In this document: in pieces, positions 1 to 10,314 of the stretch
Position numbering within the stretch: the stretch's first letter is position 1
How the letters are laid out: each line of letters begins with the position of its first letter
Assembly (NCBI GenBank): GCA_050732575.1
Contig: JBOHRF010000002.1
Location: 2,895-66,894, forward strand
Origin: Longimicrobiales bacterium
GTDB taxonomy: Bacteria; Gemmatimonadota; Gemmatimonadetes; Longimicrobiales; RSA9
DNA: 64,000 bases
Reading direction: 5' to 3'
Translations under genes and position numbers: made by a program
Notes under the pieces: generated by a model
Seen by the model: only the letters and a program-made list of their open reading frames with translations
The model's database searches: none
Told to the model about the DNA's origin: nothing

Positions 1-3000
1 ACTGATGGACGTGTCGACCTGGACAACGTCGACCTGTTCGTAGGCTCCTTCCAACAGGAGAAGGCGCTGGGGATCGGTGAGCTGTGGGCCGTGCCCGCCA
101 TGTTGCGGCTCGCGCTGATCGAGAGTGTCCGGCGCATGGCGCTGCGCACGGTTCAGAACCTCGATCAGGTCGAGGAGGCCGACCGGCGCGCGGCCCGCAT
201 TCACGACGCCAGTGCCCAGACGCTGCCCGCTCTGGAGACCGCACTGCGCGAGTTCATTGAGAATCCGCCCCGACTCACCGCCATCTTCGTTTCCCGTTTT
301 CTGTACCACCTGCGCGAAGCGCGGGCCGCCTTCCCGGCCTTGATTGGCCTGGAGCGCTGGATTGGTGCGGCCGGCCTGAGCGCGGAGGATGCGGCGTCAC
401 TGTCCACGCAGCGTTTGGCGCTGACCCAGGTCGTGATGGCCAACAGCATCACCAGCCTGCGCGTCATCGGGAAGCTGGACTGGAAGAGCTTTGTCGAGCA
501 GCAGAGCGTCATGGAGCGTGTGCTGCGTCGCGATCCAGTGGCCTACTACCAGCGGATGACGTTCGCCACGCGCGACCACTACCGCCATGTCGTCGAGCGT
601 ATCGCCAAGCGCACAGAGAGCGACGAGGCAGGCGTGGCCCGGGCCGCCGTGGACCTGGCCGCGCGCAACAGCGCAGACCTCCGGCAATCACACGTCGGCT
701 ACTACCTGGTTGATGACGGGCTGAGAGAGCTGGAGCGCGTCACCGGCTACCGCCGCAAGCTCGGTGAAGCGCTGCATCGCGCCGTGCTGCATCATGCCAA
801 CGTGGCCTTTGGCGGCGGCATCCTGATCGGCACCGCTGTCACTTTCGCGGTGCTGTTCTGGTTTGTGGCGCCCGCCCACTGGACCACGCTTGTCGTTGTT
901 GCACTGGTCGCACTGCTCCCGGCCTTCGATATTGCGGTCAGCGCCATCAACCAGCTGGTGGCTGCCTTCCTGCCGCCCCGCCTGTTACCCAAACTCGACC
1001 TGCGCGGCGAGAACGGCATTCCGGCCGAGTTCCGCACGGCCGTTGTGGTTCCCACGCTCTTTCCCGATGTCGACGCCGTGCGCGAGGCACTCGAGACCAT
1101 CGAAGTGCAATTCCTGGCCAACCGGGAAGCGCATCTGCACTTCGCAGTGCTGAGTGATTTCATCGATGCAGCAACGGCGACGTGCCAGGCGGACGGCGCG
1201 ATCGTGCAGGCCGCGGTTGACGGTGTCAACGCGCTCAACGACCGCTATGCGCCGGAGTCCGCTGACGCGTTCTACCTGTTCCATCGGTCGCGCCGCTGGA
1301 ACGAGCAGCAGGGTGTCTGGATGGGCTGGGAGCGCAAGCGCGGCAAGCTGGCTGAGTTCAACCGCTTCTTGCGGGGCAACTCGAGCGATGCGTTCGCAGT
1401 AGTTGTCGGCAACGTCGAGCCGTTGCGGAGCGTACGTTATGTCATCACGCTCGATGCGGATACCGTGCTGCCACCAGAAGCAGCGCCCTTGCTGATTGGC
1501 GCCCTGGCACACCCGCTGAATCGGGCGGTTTACGATGGCGCGCACCAGCGCGTCGTACACGGCTATGGGATCCTGCAGCCGCGCGTGGGCGTGTCACTGC
1601 CCAGTGCGCACGCGTCTCGCTTTGCCGCGATCCATTCCGGCCATCCGGGCGTTGACCCTTACACCACCGCGGTTTCTGACGTTTACCAGGACCTCTATGG
1701 TGAGGGCAGCTTCACCGGCAAAGGCATCTACGAAGTCGACGCATTCGAGCAGGCCACACACGGCCGGTTTCCCGAAAACCAGTTGCTCTCACACGATCTG
1801 ATCGAAGGCAGCTACGCGCGCGCGGGACTCACCACCGACATCATTGTTTACGACGACTACCCAACGCGCTACCTCACGTACACCCAGCGCAAGCATCGCT
1901 GGATCCGCGGCGACTGGCAGCTGCTCGATTGGCTGACGCCGCGCGTCGCTGGTCCTGACGGTCCGGAACGGAACCGGCTCTCCCTGCTCTCGCGCTGGAA
2001 AATCTTTGACAACCTGCGCCGCAGCCTGCTCGAGCTGGCACTACTCGCTTTCTTTATTGCAGGCTGGACATTGCTGCCTGGCTCACCGCTCTTCTGGACG
2101 GTGCTGGCGTTGGCCGCAGTCGCGGCGCCGTGGCTGCTTTCGCTGTTGCTGGCAGCGGTGCGGCCACCACTCGACAAGTCCTGGCGCGCCTATTACTCGG
2201 CTGTGGGTCGTGATGCCGTAACCAGCGCGCAACAAGTCGGCCTGGTACTGGCATTCCTGCCTCACCAGGCGTGGATCTCTGCTGACGCCATCGTGCGCAC
2301 AGTGTGGCGCGTTTCTGTCTCCCGTTGCAAGCTGCTCGAGTGGCAGACAGCCATGGTCACCGAGCGCGTGGCAGCCAGCACCGCGCGCGGCACCTGGCGC
2401 GCCATGTGGCCGGCTGTGGCCAGCGTGATGACACTCCTGATTGTTGTACTGCTGGTCACGCTGCTCACGGGACCCGTGCCCGGCCAGGTTCGCCTGCTCG
2501 CGCTGACCATCTTGCCGCTGGGCACGCTCTGGCTGATCGCACCGTGGCTGGCGCATGCGCTCAGCAGGCCCACACACTACTCGCCGCAGGAGATGCGCGC
2601 CTCCCAACGACCGCAGGCACTTCGTTACGCCGCGCTGCACTGGCACTTCTTCGATCATTTCGTCAGTGAACGGACGCAGGGACTGGCACCGGACAACTAC
2701 CAGGAGGATCCAGTGCCCGTGGTTGCGATGCGCACCTCGCCCACCAACATCGGACTGCAACTGCTCTCGGTGGTGAGTGCGTACGACCTCGGCTTCATCA
2801 CGGTGCAGGATATGACCGGTCGGCTGGAGGCCGTGTTTCGCTCGCTCGAGCGCATGGAGCGGTTTCGCGGTCACTTCTTCAACTGGTACGATCTGCACGA
2901 TTTGCGCGTACTCGAACCGGCCTACATCTCCACCGTAGACAGCGGCAACCTGGCCGGTCATCTGATTGCGCTGCGGCAGGCGAGTCTGAGCATTGAGCAG

Positions 3001-6000
3001 CAGCTGAACGCAGCTCATAACGAAGAGTCGGCCGACGTTGCCTCCCGGCTTAACGCGCTGGCCGAGCGTGCGTACAGGTACGCACTGGAGATGGACTTTT
3101 CCTTCCTGTTCGATGCGCAGCGAAAGTTGTTCGCGATTGGATACCAACCCGGCACGCACTCGCTGGATGCTTCGTACTACGACTTGCTCGCCTCGGAAGC
3201 GCGCCTGGCCAGCTTCATTGCCATCGCCAAGAACGATGTGCCAGTAGATCACTGGTTTCATCTCGGCCGCACGTTGACGCACGCGGCTGGAGCCACGGCG
3301 CTGGTCTCCTGGAGCGGCAGCATGTTCGAGTACCTGATGCCTGGACTGGTCATGCAATCGCTGCCGCTCACCGTACTCGACCAGACCTATCGGGGCGCCG
3401 TCAAACGGCAGATCGCCTACGGATCCGCGCAGGACGTGCCCTGGGGCATGAGTGAGGCCGCGTACGCCGTGCGCGACCGCCACTTCACTTACCAGTACCG
3501 CGCCTTTGGCGTGCCGGACCTGGGTCTCAAGTATGGACTCGATCGCGATCTGGTCGTGGCGCCCTACGCATCGGCGCTGGCCAGCGCGGTGGAGCCGCAT
3601 GATGCTTTGGCCAACCTGGCCGTGTTGGAAAAGAAGGGCGCACTGGGTCCGTACGGATTCCGTGATTCGCTGGATTACACGCGCGCGCCCGCAAATCAGG
3701 ACTTCACAGTTGTGCGCGCGTACATGGCGCATCACATCGGCATGTCGCTGGTGGCGCTGACCAATGGCCTCAACGCCCGGGTCTGGCAAACGCGTTTCCA
3801 CGCCGATCCCCTGATACGATCAGCCGAGCTATTGCTGCACGAGCGCGTGCCTCGGCGGTTGTTGCTGCACAAGACCGTAACGCCTCACGCCGTGGCGTTG
3901 CCGGAACTGGAGCTGGATCGCCCGTCCGTGCGTGAGTTCGAGACGCCCGATACGGCACAACCGCAGGTAGCACTGCTCGGGCAGCTCCCCTACACGATCA
4001 TGGTCAGTCATTGCGGCGCCGGGTACAGCCGCTACCAGGATCTGACGGTCACGCGCTGGCGTTCCGATGCAACCATGGACAACACGGGTCAGTTCTGCTT
4101 CTTGAAGGACCTGACCAGCGGCCGTGTCTGGTCCGCTGCGCATCAACCCGTTTGCGCGCCCGCCGATTGGTACCGCGCCGTCCTGGCCACGGACCGCGTA
4201 ACGTTTCAGCGCGGAGACGGTGCCATTGAAACGCGCACCGAGATCGCCATCGTGCCCCAGGACTCGGCCGAAGTGCGGCGCGTAACCGTCACCAACAACG
4301 GCAGCGAGACGCGCGAGGTCGAGCTGACCAGCTACGGCGAGGTCGTGCTGGCGCCACCGGATGCGGAGCGCGCACACCCGGCCTTTGCCAATCTGTTCGT
4401 CGAGACCGAGTTCCATGCCTGGTGCAATGCCATCACGGCCACGCGCCGCCGGCGCTCGGCCACCGAGCGTTCGCTGGTCTGTGTGCATGTCGTGGCCACG
4501 GGCAAGGAGCGCGTCGGAGCTGTGACCTGCGAGACCGATCGTGCGCGCTTCATCGGTCGCGGCCGCTCGACGCGCGATCCGCTGGCGCTGGATCGAGACG
4601 GCGCGCTCTCCGGTACCACGGGCGCCGTGCTCGATCCCATCTTCGCGCTGCGCACACGCGTGCGTCTGAGCCCGGGCCAGTCCGCCAGTGTTGCGTTCAC
4701 CACGCTGATCGCCGAGACCAGCGAGCAAGCCTTTGCACTGGCCGACCGCTACGATAATCCGCACGCGGCGCAGCGTGCCCTCGATCTGGCCTGGACGTCC
4801 ACGCAGGTAGAACTGCGCGAGCTGAACATTGCGCCCGCAGAAGCAGCGCTTTTCCAGCAGCTGGCGGGACACCTGTTGTACGCAGGCGAAGGGCTGGGCG
4901 CGGCGCTCGAGGAGCGCAGCCGCAACCGCGGCTCCCAGCCGCTGCTCTGGCCGTACGGCATCTCCGGAGATCGGCCCATCCTGCTCGCGTCCATGAAAGA
5001 TGCGGAGGGACTGCCGACGATGCGTCAGCTTTTTGCCGCTCATCACTACTGGCGTCGGCGCGGGCTTCAGGTAGACCTGGTCGTGCTCACGGAGCGGCCC
5101 GCCAGTTACCTGCATGAGCTGGACGATTCCATCTACAGCACGCTGGCTTCCTCCAGCGATGCCGGCGTCATTGACCAACCCGGCGGCGTCTTCATTCGCA
5201 GCGCGGGTGCGCTCTCGCCCGCTGCGCTGCTCATGCTGCGCAGCACGGCTCGCGTTCGGATTGTTTGTGACGGTCGATCGCTGGGCCGGATCTTGGAGGG
5301 TGCGCATGAGCTGGAGCCGGACGCGCGCGGCGAGCCGGCGCCGCCGCCGCGTCTGGTTGAACGGCAGGAAATCCGGGCCGATCGTGCGCACCATCACGCT
5401 CCTGACGCACTGACCGGCGCGTTGCACACTGGCGATCGCGCCGCGCCGCATGTGCGATACGAATCGCCCGGCCAACCCGCGCCGCCGCATGCACAACCGC
5501 TCGAGTTCGACAACGGCCTGGGCGGAATTGATGGCAACGGCGACTACCGAATACGCGTGCGCGGCGACTCTCTGCCTCCCGCTCCCTGGGCCAATGTCAT
5601 CGCCAATCCGTTCGGCGGCTTCATCGTGACCGAACGTGGTGCAGGCTTCACCTGGGCCGAGAACAGCTACTTCTACCGCCTGACACCCTGGCACAATGAC
5701 CCGGTCTGCGATCCAATGGGTGAAGTGCTGTATCTGCGCGATGGGGAAACGGGTGAGTGCTGGAGTCCCACACCTGCGCCCATCCGTGATGGTGGAGAGT
5801 ATGCCATCCGTCATGGAGCAGGCTCGTCGACGTTCCAGCACAGACATGGCGATGTCGCATCGGAGTTGACGCTGGGCATGGTTGATGGCGCAGCCGTGAA
5901 AATTGCCAGGCTGAGGCTGACCAATCATGGCCAGCGTGCGCGCCGGCTTTCACTCACGGCGTACATCGAGTGGACACTGGGCGCGCTGCGCGACCACACG

Positions 6001-7890
6001 CACCATGTGCGCACGGTGTTTCAGGCCGAACTGGGCGCGTTGTGCGCCTATGATACGTTCGATCCGCACTTCGCGGGTTGGACTGCGTTCTGTTCGCTCA
6101 GCGAGCCGGTCACAGCGTACACGGCAGACCGTCGAGAATTCATTGGCCGAAACGGGACACTAGCCGATCCGGCCGGCCTGCGCGGGCCGCTCAGTGGCGC
6201 CATCGGCAGCGGCCTGGATCCCTGTGCAGCGCTGCAATGCGAGCTGACACTGGGACCGGGCGAAACGCGCGCGGTCGTGATGCTGCTGGGCGCAGCGGCC
6301 AGTCAGGCCGAGGCCGAGCGACTGCTGGCCCGCTATCGCGATCCCAACGTAGCGCACGACGAGCTGGCGCGTTCCGTGGCCGCCTGGCACGATCGTCTTT
6401 CGATCATCACGGTGCAAACGCCTGAACCCGCCTTCGATGTCATGATGAACCACTGGAGTCCCTACCAGGCCCTCTCTTCACGCATGTGGGCGCGGTCCGG
6501 ATTCTACCAGAGCAGTGGTGCTTATGGCTTTCGCGATCAGCTGCAGGATGTCATGGCCTTCGTGTATGCCGAGCCGTGCATCGCGCGCGCGCACATCCTG
6601 CGCGCGGCCGCTCGCCAGTTCCTGGAAGGCGACGTGCAACACTGGTGGCACCCACATACCGGCCGGGGCGTGCGCACCCGCTTCTCGGACGACCTGGCCT
6701 GGCTGCCCTTTGTGACCGAGCACTACACGCGCGTGACCGGCGATGTCGGCATTCTCGATGAGAACGTCCCGTTTCTCATGATGCGCGCGCTGGAACCGAA
6801 CGAACACGAGCTGTACGACTTGCCGGACATCGCCAGGGAAGAGGCACCGCTCTACGAGCACTGCATGCGCGCGTTGCGAAAAGCTTGTACCAGCGGCGCG
6901 CACGGCCTGCCCCTGATTGGCAGTGGCGACTGGAACGACGGCATGAACCGCGTGGGCATTGAAGGCCGGGGCGAAAGCATCTGGCTGGCCTGGTTCCTCA
7001 CCAGCACACTGCGCAACTTCGCCCGGATAGCAGACACGCACGGCGACCGCGCCAGCGCCAGTGAACTGCGTGCGCGGGCAACAGAGTATGTGAACGCAGT
7101 GGAGCAGCACGGCTGGGATGGCGAGTGGTACCGGCGCGCCTATTTCGATGACGGCACTCCGCTGGGCAGCGCACAGAACGAAGAGTGCCGGATCGATGCC
7201 ATCGCACAGAGCTGGAGCGTAATCTCCGGCGCCGGTGCAGAGGACCGGCAGGAGCGCGCCCTGCAATCATTGGAAGATCAGCTCATCCGCAACGGCGCAC
7301 GCATCGTACAATTGCTGAGCCCGCCATTCGATCGGTCGGCCGTGGATCCCGGCTACATCAAAGGCTACCTGCCCGGTGTGCGTGAGAATGGCGCGCAGTA
7401 CACACACGCGGCTTTGTGGACTGTATTGGCCAGCGCGTTGCGTGGCGCCGGCGATCGGGCATTCGATCTCTTGCAGATGCTGAACCCGCTGACCCGCGCA
7501 GTCTCTCCGGCCGGCGTCGACACCTACAAGGTCGAGCCGTATGTGATCGCGGCCGATGTGTACACGGCAAATGGTCAGCTCGGCCGCGGTGGCTGGACCT
7601 GGTATACCGGCTCGGCCAGCTGGTTCTACCGCGTTGGTCTCGAGGCCATACTCGGCTTCAGGAAGGCCGGCGATTCACTCGTGATCCAACCGTGCGTCCC
7701 CAGCTCATGGCGCGTGTACCGCATCGAGTACCGCTCCGGCAGGAGTCTGTACAGCATCGAGGTTCAGAATCCGACCGGCGGGAAGCATGGCGTGTGGGAG
7801 GTGAGCCTGGATGGTCGCGTACTGCCCAATGCCGCCATCCCGCTCACGGATGATGGCGCCGCACACTCCGTGGTCGTGCGCTTGCTCTGA
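1..7890 (+). CDS. Cyclic beta-1,2-glucan synthase-like giant enzyme (NdvB/ChvB/Cgs family: GT84 glucosyltransferase, TM region, GH94 phosphorylase-like C-terminus); 5' end lies outside the window
   Basis: Frame 1 is open from nt 1 (TDGRVDLDNVDLFVGSFQQEKALGIGELWAVPAMLRLALIE precedes the listed Met at 91). Motifs VITLDADTVLP and QRKHRWIRGDWQ, several hydrophobic TM stretches, then a GH94-like region (YQSSGAYGFRDQLQD, GSGDWNDGMN). Confidence 0.85.
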   Translation, partial: TDGRVDLDNVDLFVGSFQQEKALGIGELWAVPAMLRLALIESVRRMALRTVQNLDQVEEADRRAARIHDASAQTLPALETALREFIENPPRLTAIFVSRFLYHLREARAAFPALIGLERWIGAAGLSAEDAASLSTQRLALTQVVMANSITSLRVIGKLDWKSFVEQQSVMERVLRRDPVAYYQRMTFATRDHYRHVVERIAKRTESDEAGVARAAVDLAARNSADLRQSHVGYYLVDDGLRELERVTGYRRKLGEALHRAVLHHANVAFGGGILIGTAVTFAVLFWFVAPAHWTTLVVVALVALLPAFDIAVSAINQLVAAFLPPRLLPKLDLRGENGIPAEFRTAVVVPTLFPDVDAVREALETIEVQFLANREAHLHFAVLSDFIDAATATCQADGAIVQAAVDGVNALNDRYAPESADAFYLFHRSRRWNEQQGVWMGWERKRGKLAEFNRFLRGNSSDAFAVVVGNVEPLRSVRYVITLDADTVLPPEAAPLLIGALAHPLNRAVYDGAHQRVVHGYGILQPRVGVSLPSAHASRFAAIHSGHPGVDPYTTAVSDVYQDLYGEGSFTGKGIYEVDAFEQATHGRFPENQLLSHDLIEGSYARAGLTTDIIVYDDYPTRYLTYTQRKHRWIRGDWQLLDWLTPRVAGPDGPERNRLSLLSRWKIFDNLRRSLLELALLAFFIAGWTLLPGSPLFWTVLALAAVAAPWLLSLLLAAVRPPLDKSWRAYYSAVGRDAVTSAQQVGLVLAFLPHQAWISADAIVRTVWRVSVSRCKLLEWQTAMVTERVAASTARGTWRAMWPAVASVMTLLIVVLLVTLLTGPVPGQVRLLALTILPLGTLWLIAPWLAHALSRPTHYSPQEMRASQRPQALRYAALHWHFFDHFVSERTQGLAPDNYQEDPVPVVAMRTSPTNIGLQLLSVVSAYDLGFITVQDMTGRLEAVFRSLERMERFRGHFFNWYDLHDLRVLEPAYISTVDSGNLAGHLIALRQASLSIEQQLNAAHNEESADVASRLNALAERAYRYALEMDFSFLFDAQRKLFAIGYQPGTHSLDASYYDLLASEARLASFIAIAKNDVPVDHWFHLGRTLTHAAGATALVSWSGSMFEYLMPGLVMQSLPLTVLDQTYRGAVKRQIAYGSAQDVPWGMSEAAYAVRDRHFTYQYRAFGVPDLGLKYGLDRDLVVAPYASALASAVEPHDALANLAVLEKKGALGPYGFRDSLDYTRAPANQDFTVVRAYMAHHIGMSLVALTNGLNARVWQTRFHADPLIRSAELLLHERVPRRLLLHKTVTPHAVALPELELDRPSVREFETPDTAQPQVALLGQLPYTIMVSHCGAGYSRYQDLTVTRWRSDATMDNTGQFCFLKDLTSGRVWSAAHQPVCAPADWYRAVLATDRVTFQRGDGAIETRTEIAIVPQDSAEVRRVTVTNNGSETREVELTSYGEVVLAPPDAERAHPAFANLFVETEFHAWCNAITATRRRRSATERSLVCVHVVATGKERVGAVTCETDRARFIGRGRSTRDPLALDRDGALSGTTGAVLDPIFALRTRVRLSPGQSASVAFTTLIAETSEQAFALADRYDNPHAAQRALDLAWTSTQVELRELNIAPAEAALFQQLAGHLLYAGEGLGAALEERSRNRGSQPLLWPYGISGDRPILLASMKDAEGLPTMRQLFAAHHYWRRRGLQVDLVVLTERPASYLHELDDSIYSTLASSSDAGVIDQPGGVFIRSAGALSPAALLMLRSTARVRIVCDGRSLGRILEGAHELEPDARGEPAPPPRLVERQEIRADRAHHHAPDALTGALHTGDRAAPHVRYESPGQPAPPHAQPLEFDNGLGGIDGNGDYRIRVRGDSLPPAPWANVIANPFGGFIVTERGAGFTWAENSYFYRLTPWHNDPVCDPMGEVLYLRDGETGECWSPTPAPIRDGGEYAIRHGAGSSTFQHRHGDVASELTLGMVDGAAVKIARLRLTNHGQRARRLSLTAYIEWTLGALRDHTHHVRTVFQAELGALCAYDTFDPHFAGWTAFCSLSEPVTAYTADRREFIGRNGTLADPAGLRGPLSGAIGSGLDPCAALQCELTLGPGETRAVVMLLGAAASQAEAERLLARYRDPNVAHDELARSVAAWHDRLSIITVQTPEPAFDVMMNHWSPYQALSSRMWARSGFYQSSGAYGFRDQLQDVMAFVYAEPCIARAHILRAAARQFLEGDVQHWWHPHTGRGVRTRFSDDLAWLPFVTEHYTRVTGDVGILDENVPFLMMRALEPNEHELYDLPDIAREEAPLYEHCMRALRKACTSGAHGLPLIGSGDWNDGMNRVGIEGRGESIWLAWFLTSTLRNFARIADTHGDRASASELRARATEYVNAVEQHGWDGEWYRRAYFDDGTPLGSAQNEECRIDAIAQSWSVISGAGAEDRQERALQSLEDQLIRNGARIVQLLSPPFDRSAVDPGYIKGYLPGVRENGAQYTHAALWTVLASALRGAGDRAFDLLQMLNPLTRAVSPAGVDTYKVEPYVIAADVYTANGQLGRGGWTWYTGSASWFYRVGLEAILGFRKAGDSLVIQPCVPSSWRVYRIEYRSGRSLYSIEVQNPTGGKHGVWEVSLDGRVLPNAAIPLTDDGAAHSVVVRLL

Positions 7891-7972
7891 TGTTGTGACG
7901 CATGAATGCGCGCCCTACATACAACGATGGCGCGGGGTATACACCCCGCTACACCACGCGTTCAGCTTGCCT

Positions 7973-8638
7973 TCAATTGCGCGACGCCGCGTAGCGCCGC
8001 ATCACGTCATCCGCGTAAATCGCCACTTCCACGCGCCGGTTCTGCAGTCGACCCGCATTACTGTCATTGGTGGCCAGCGGCTCCGTCGAACCACGGCCCA
8101 CGGTACGCATACGGTCTCGATTCAAACCCTGTGCGGCCAGGAACGTGGCCGCGGACTCCGCTCGCCGCGCAGAAAGTCCCAGCTCGTACGCACCTGCGGG
8201 TCTCGAATCCGTGTGGCCCACGATCAACGACCGGGTTCGCGGATATTTTGTCAGGCTGCTGGCCAACGCCTTCAGATACCCACGTCCCACGATCGACAGA
8301 TCGTCCGAATCGAAGGCGAACAACAATCCGTCGGGAAAGGTGACCTGGATCCCTTCGCCCACCCGGTCGATCGTAACACCCGGCAGCTCATATCTGAGCT
8401 CCTTCGCCTGCTGATCCATTTGCTGGTCGATCACGCCACCAGCTGCACCGCCAAGACTGGCGCCCATGATCGCGCTGCGCGCCGTCGATCCCGTCGCGTC
8501 TCCCAGAACCGCCCCATCGTCCGTGCCCGTATTCCTCAGACCACAGCCTGTCACCAGCAACAGCGCCGCAATCACCAACACGCCTATCACAACCGCGCTT
8601 CGTTTCATGGCGCCTGTCTCTTCATTTCTGGAACGCAA
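7973..8638 (-). CDS. OmpA-family lipoprotein (peptidoglycan-associated)
   Basis: Signal peptide plus lipobox (LLLVTGC). C-terminal OmpA-like domain (VGHTDSRPAGAYELGLSARRAESAATFLAAQG...NRRVEVAIY). Confidence 0.85.
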   Translation of the reverse strand: MRSRNEETGAMKRSAVVIGVLVIAALLLVTGCGLRNTGTDDGAVLGDATGSTARSAIMGASLGGAAGGVIDQQMDQQAKELRYELPGVTIDRVGEGIQVTFPDGLLFAFDSDDLSIVGRGYLKALASSLTKYPRTRSLIVGHTDSRPAGAYELGLSARRAESAATFLAAQGLNRDRMRTVGRGSTEPLATNDSNAGRLQNRRVEVAIYADDVMRRYAASRN

Positions 8639-8825
8639 ACATGTGCCTCATCCAGTGGCCGACCTTCCTGAGCCAATCCCATAATCGATTCATGTGTAGC
8701 CTCCTTTACCATGTTTGTGAACGTCCGCCAAGATGTCTTGCGAAACTTAACAAGTCAAGTTAATTATCGTGGCTGCGCGCCCTGCATCATGGGAACTTGC
8801 TGTCACGAACAGGTATGGAGGACTG

Positions 8826-9686
8826 GTGGACGTTTCGCTGGTGGTCAGGCACCGCCTGGAGGAGCTGGACCTCGATCAGCGAGGACTGGCGCGGGCGGCG
8901 GAGGTTACCGAGTCGTACATCTCGCAGCTTCTGTCGCGGAAACGAGCGCCGCCGGCACCGGATCGGACGGACATTTACGACCGGATGAGCCAATACTTGA
9001 AGCTCCCCGAGGGTGAACTGGCGCGGCTGGCGGAGCTACAGCGGCGTGAAGGGCTGAAGCGAGTACTGAGGGACGAAGCCGTACCGCTGTTTCACGGAGT
9101 ACGGGCACTCATTCTTCGCAAATGTGCGCGCGAGAGCGCGGCGGCGGTGGCGGCGGTTTTCGAGACTGCGCCGTTCGGCGAGCTGGAGAGACTGGTGACG
9201 CAGAAGCTGCTCGAGACTGCGAAGAGCGTGGCCCGGAAGGAACTGGAGAACGAGGATTGGCTGCGCCGAATGACGCATGGCACGGGCATGAGTTACCAGG
9301 AGATGCGGGTGTTGGTACTGGAGTTTCTGGACACCACCGCATTTCAGGTTTCGCTGGAGAATTACGTCTCATTTCTGGAACCTCTGATCGAGTCGTGGGA
9401 CATCGATCTGGCCACATTCGATCTCACGATCGAGTTGAACGATCCGCTGGGTGGCGGGTTGTCCAGACGATTCGGATTCGTGGAAATGCCGCCGGCGGCT
9501 GGTGACGGCTTCCGCGAATTTCTGGAGGACGCGCGGCTGAGCGGAGGGGCGACGGAGGAGGAACTGCGGCTGCTCGAGCGGCTCGCGTTCCAGGACAGGC
9601 AGGCCACTCCGCTGTTTTACTATCGAGTGTTGCAGAACCTGCGCGACCCTCTGCATTTCGAGGATGCCGATCGGGCTGCGCTTTGA
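8826..9686 (+). CDS. XRE-type helix-turn-helix protein, function unknown
   Basis: HTH segment LDLDQRGLARAAEVTESYISQLLSRKRAPP. I place the start at GTG 8826, preceded by GGAGGA; the ORF track starts at 8769. Confidence 0.6.
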   Translation: MDVSLVVRHRLEELDLDQRGLARAAEVTESYISQLLSRKRAPPAPDRTDIYDRMSQYLKLPEGELARLAELQRREGLKRVLRDEAVPLFHGVRALILRKCARESAAAVAAVFETAPFGELERLVTQKLLETAKSVARKELENEDWLRRMTHGTGMSYQEMRVLVLEFLDTTAFQVSLENYVSFLEPLIESWDIDLATFDLTIELNDPLGGGLSRRFGFVEMPPAAGDGFREFLEDARLSGGATEEELRLLERLAFQDRQATPLFYYRVLQNLRDPLHFEDADRAAL

Positions 9687-9704
9687 ACACCAGCTTCAAA
9701 TGAC

Positions 9705-10217
9705 TCAGCGCCCAGGACGCACAGCATGCGGACCCCGTCCGCGAGTCCAGAGCACCAACACGTCGCCCGCAGCTGCCGAAAGACCATATCGCTGCATGGC
9801 GTCGGACGCGCTGAGCAGTTCCACGCTCTCGAAGTCGGCTGAGCGCACATTGGCCAGATGGGTGCCTGCGTCACCGATCCAAACGCCGTCCTGGTAGGCA
9901 CCGAGCAACGGACAGAAGGGTAGTCCGTTGGAATCCTTCGCCAACTCACCACGGCCACTGCTTCGACGTGCGTAGATGCAGGTGTTGGTGACCCCATCAT
10001 CGGTGACGAATCGGCCCCGTTGCACGACTACCGGCATGCGCGACCGGACCAACTCGAGCAATATCTTTTCCTGCTGAACCTGCTCCTCCTTGGCGATCAG
10101 GATCAAGCGCGTATTTGTGAGCGCGCGTGGTGTTTCATTTGCCGCGGCGCGCGGGCGAGCACATGCTGCCAGACTCAACACGATCAATGACAACGAGATA
10201 GGGCGGTGGCAGCGCAT
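9705..10217 (-). CDS. Hypothetical lipoprotein
   Basis: N-terminal signal plus lipobox (LSLIVLSLAAC). The C-terminus SVELLSASDAMQRYGLSAAAGDVLVLWTRG resembles TonB-plug-like endings. A roughly 100 nt paralogous fragment occurs at 14340-14440. Confidence 0.5.
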   Translation of the reverse strand: MRCHRPISLSLIVLSLAACARPRAAANETPRALTNTRLILIAKEEQVQQEKILLELVRSRMPVVVQRGRFVTDDGVTNTCIYARRSSGRGELAKDSNGLPFCPLLGAYQDGVWIGDAGTHLANVRSADFESVELLSASDAMQRYGLSAAAGDVLVLWTRGRGPHAVRPGR

Positions 10218-10314
10218 CGGAGTCTCCGGGCTGTTGCAGGGTCGCTATGCGGGCCGGACTTCCCGGCCCCATGTGGCAGCCCCATTTTGCAATAGCCCGG
10301 TGTACGGTCGACCA

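Noticed and set aside
2083-5928. Long minus-strand ORFs (2083..3801, 572 aa; 3829..5928, 699 aa) inside the glucan synthase gene. Similar antisense or shadow ORFs occur elsewhere (16188..17255, 29238..30305, 30172..30969, 34959..35975, 37628..38566, 46290..47267, 50135..51253, 51250..52422, 55119..55952, 57234..58133).
   Set aside because: The opposite strand or another frame carries strong, motif-bearing homologues. These ORFs have the Arg/Ala/Gly/Pro-rich composition typical of stop-poor alternative frames in high-GC DNA.
8745-8765. Small palindrome ACTTAAC-aagtcaa-GTTAATT in the AT-richer divergent promoter between the OmpA-like gene and the XRE gene, as a possible autoregulatory operator.
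   Set aside because: It is only a 5-6 bp inverted repeat and could arise by chance. There is no second copy or other supporting evidence.
10090-10314. N-terminal extensions given by the ORF track for many genes (10090, 24386, 24082, 25854, 34495, 36664, 41321, 43431, 45676, 48916, 49644, 51766, 62189, 63502).
   Set aside because: The extensions overlap neighbouring genes, lack family similarity, and are followed by internal starts with an RBS or a stop/start overlap that match the conserved N-termini. The trimmed starts remain inferences.
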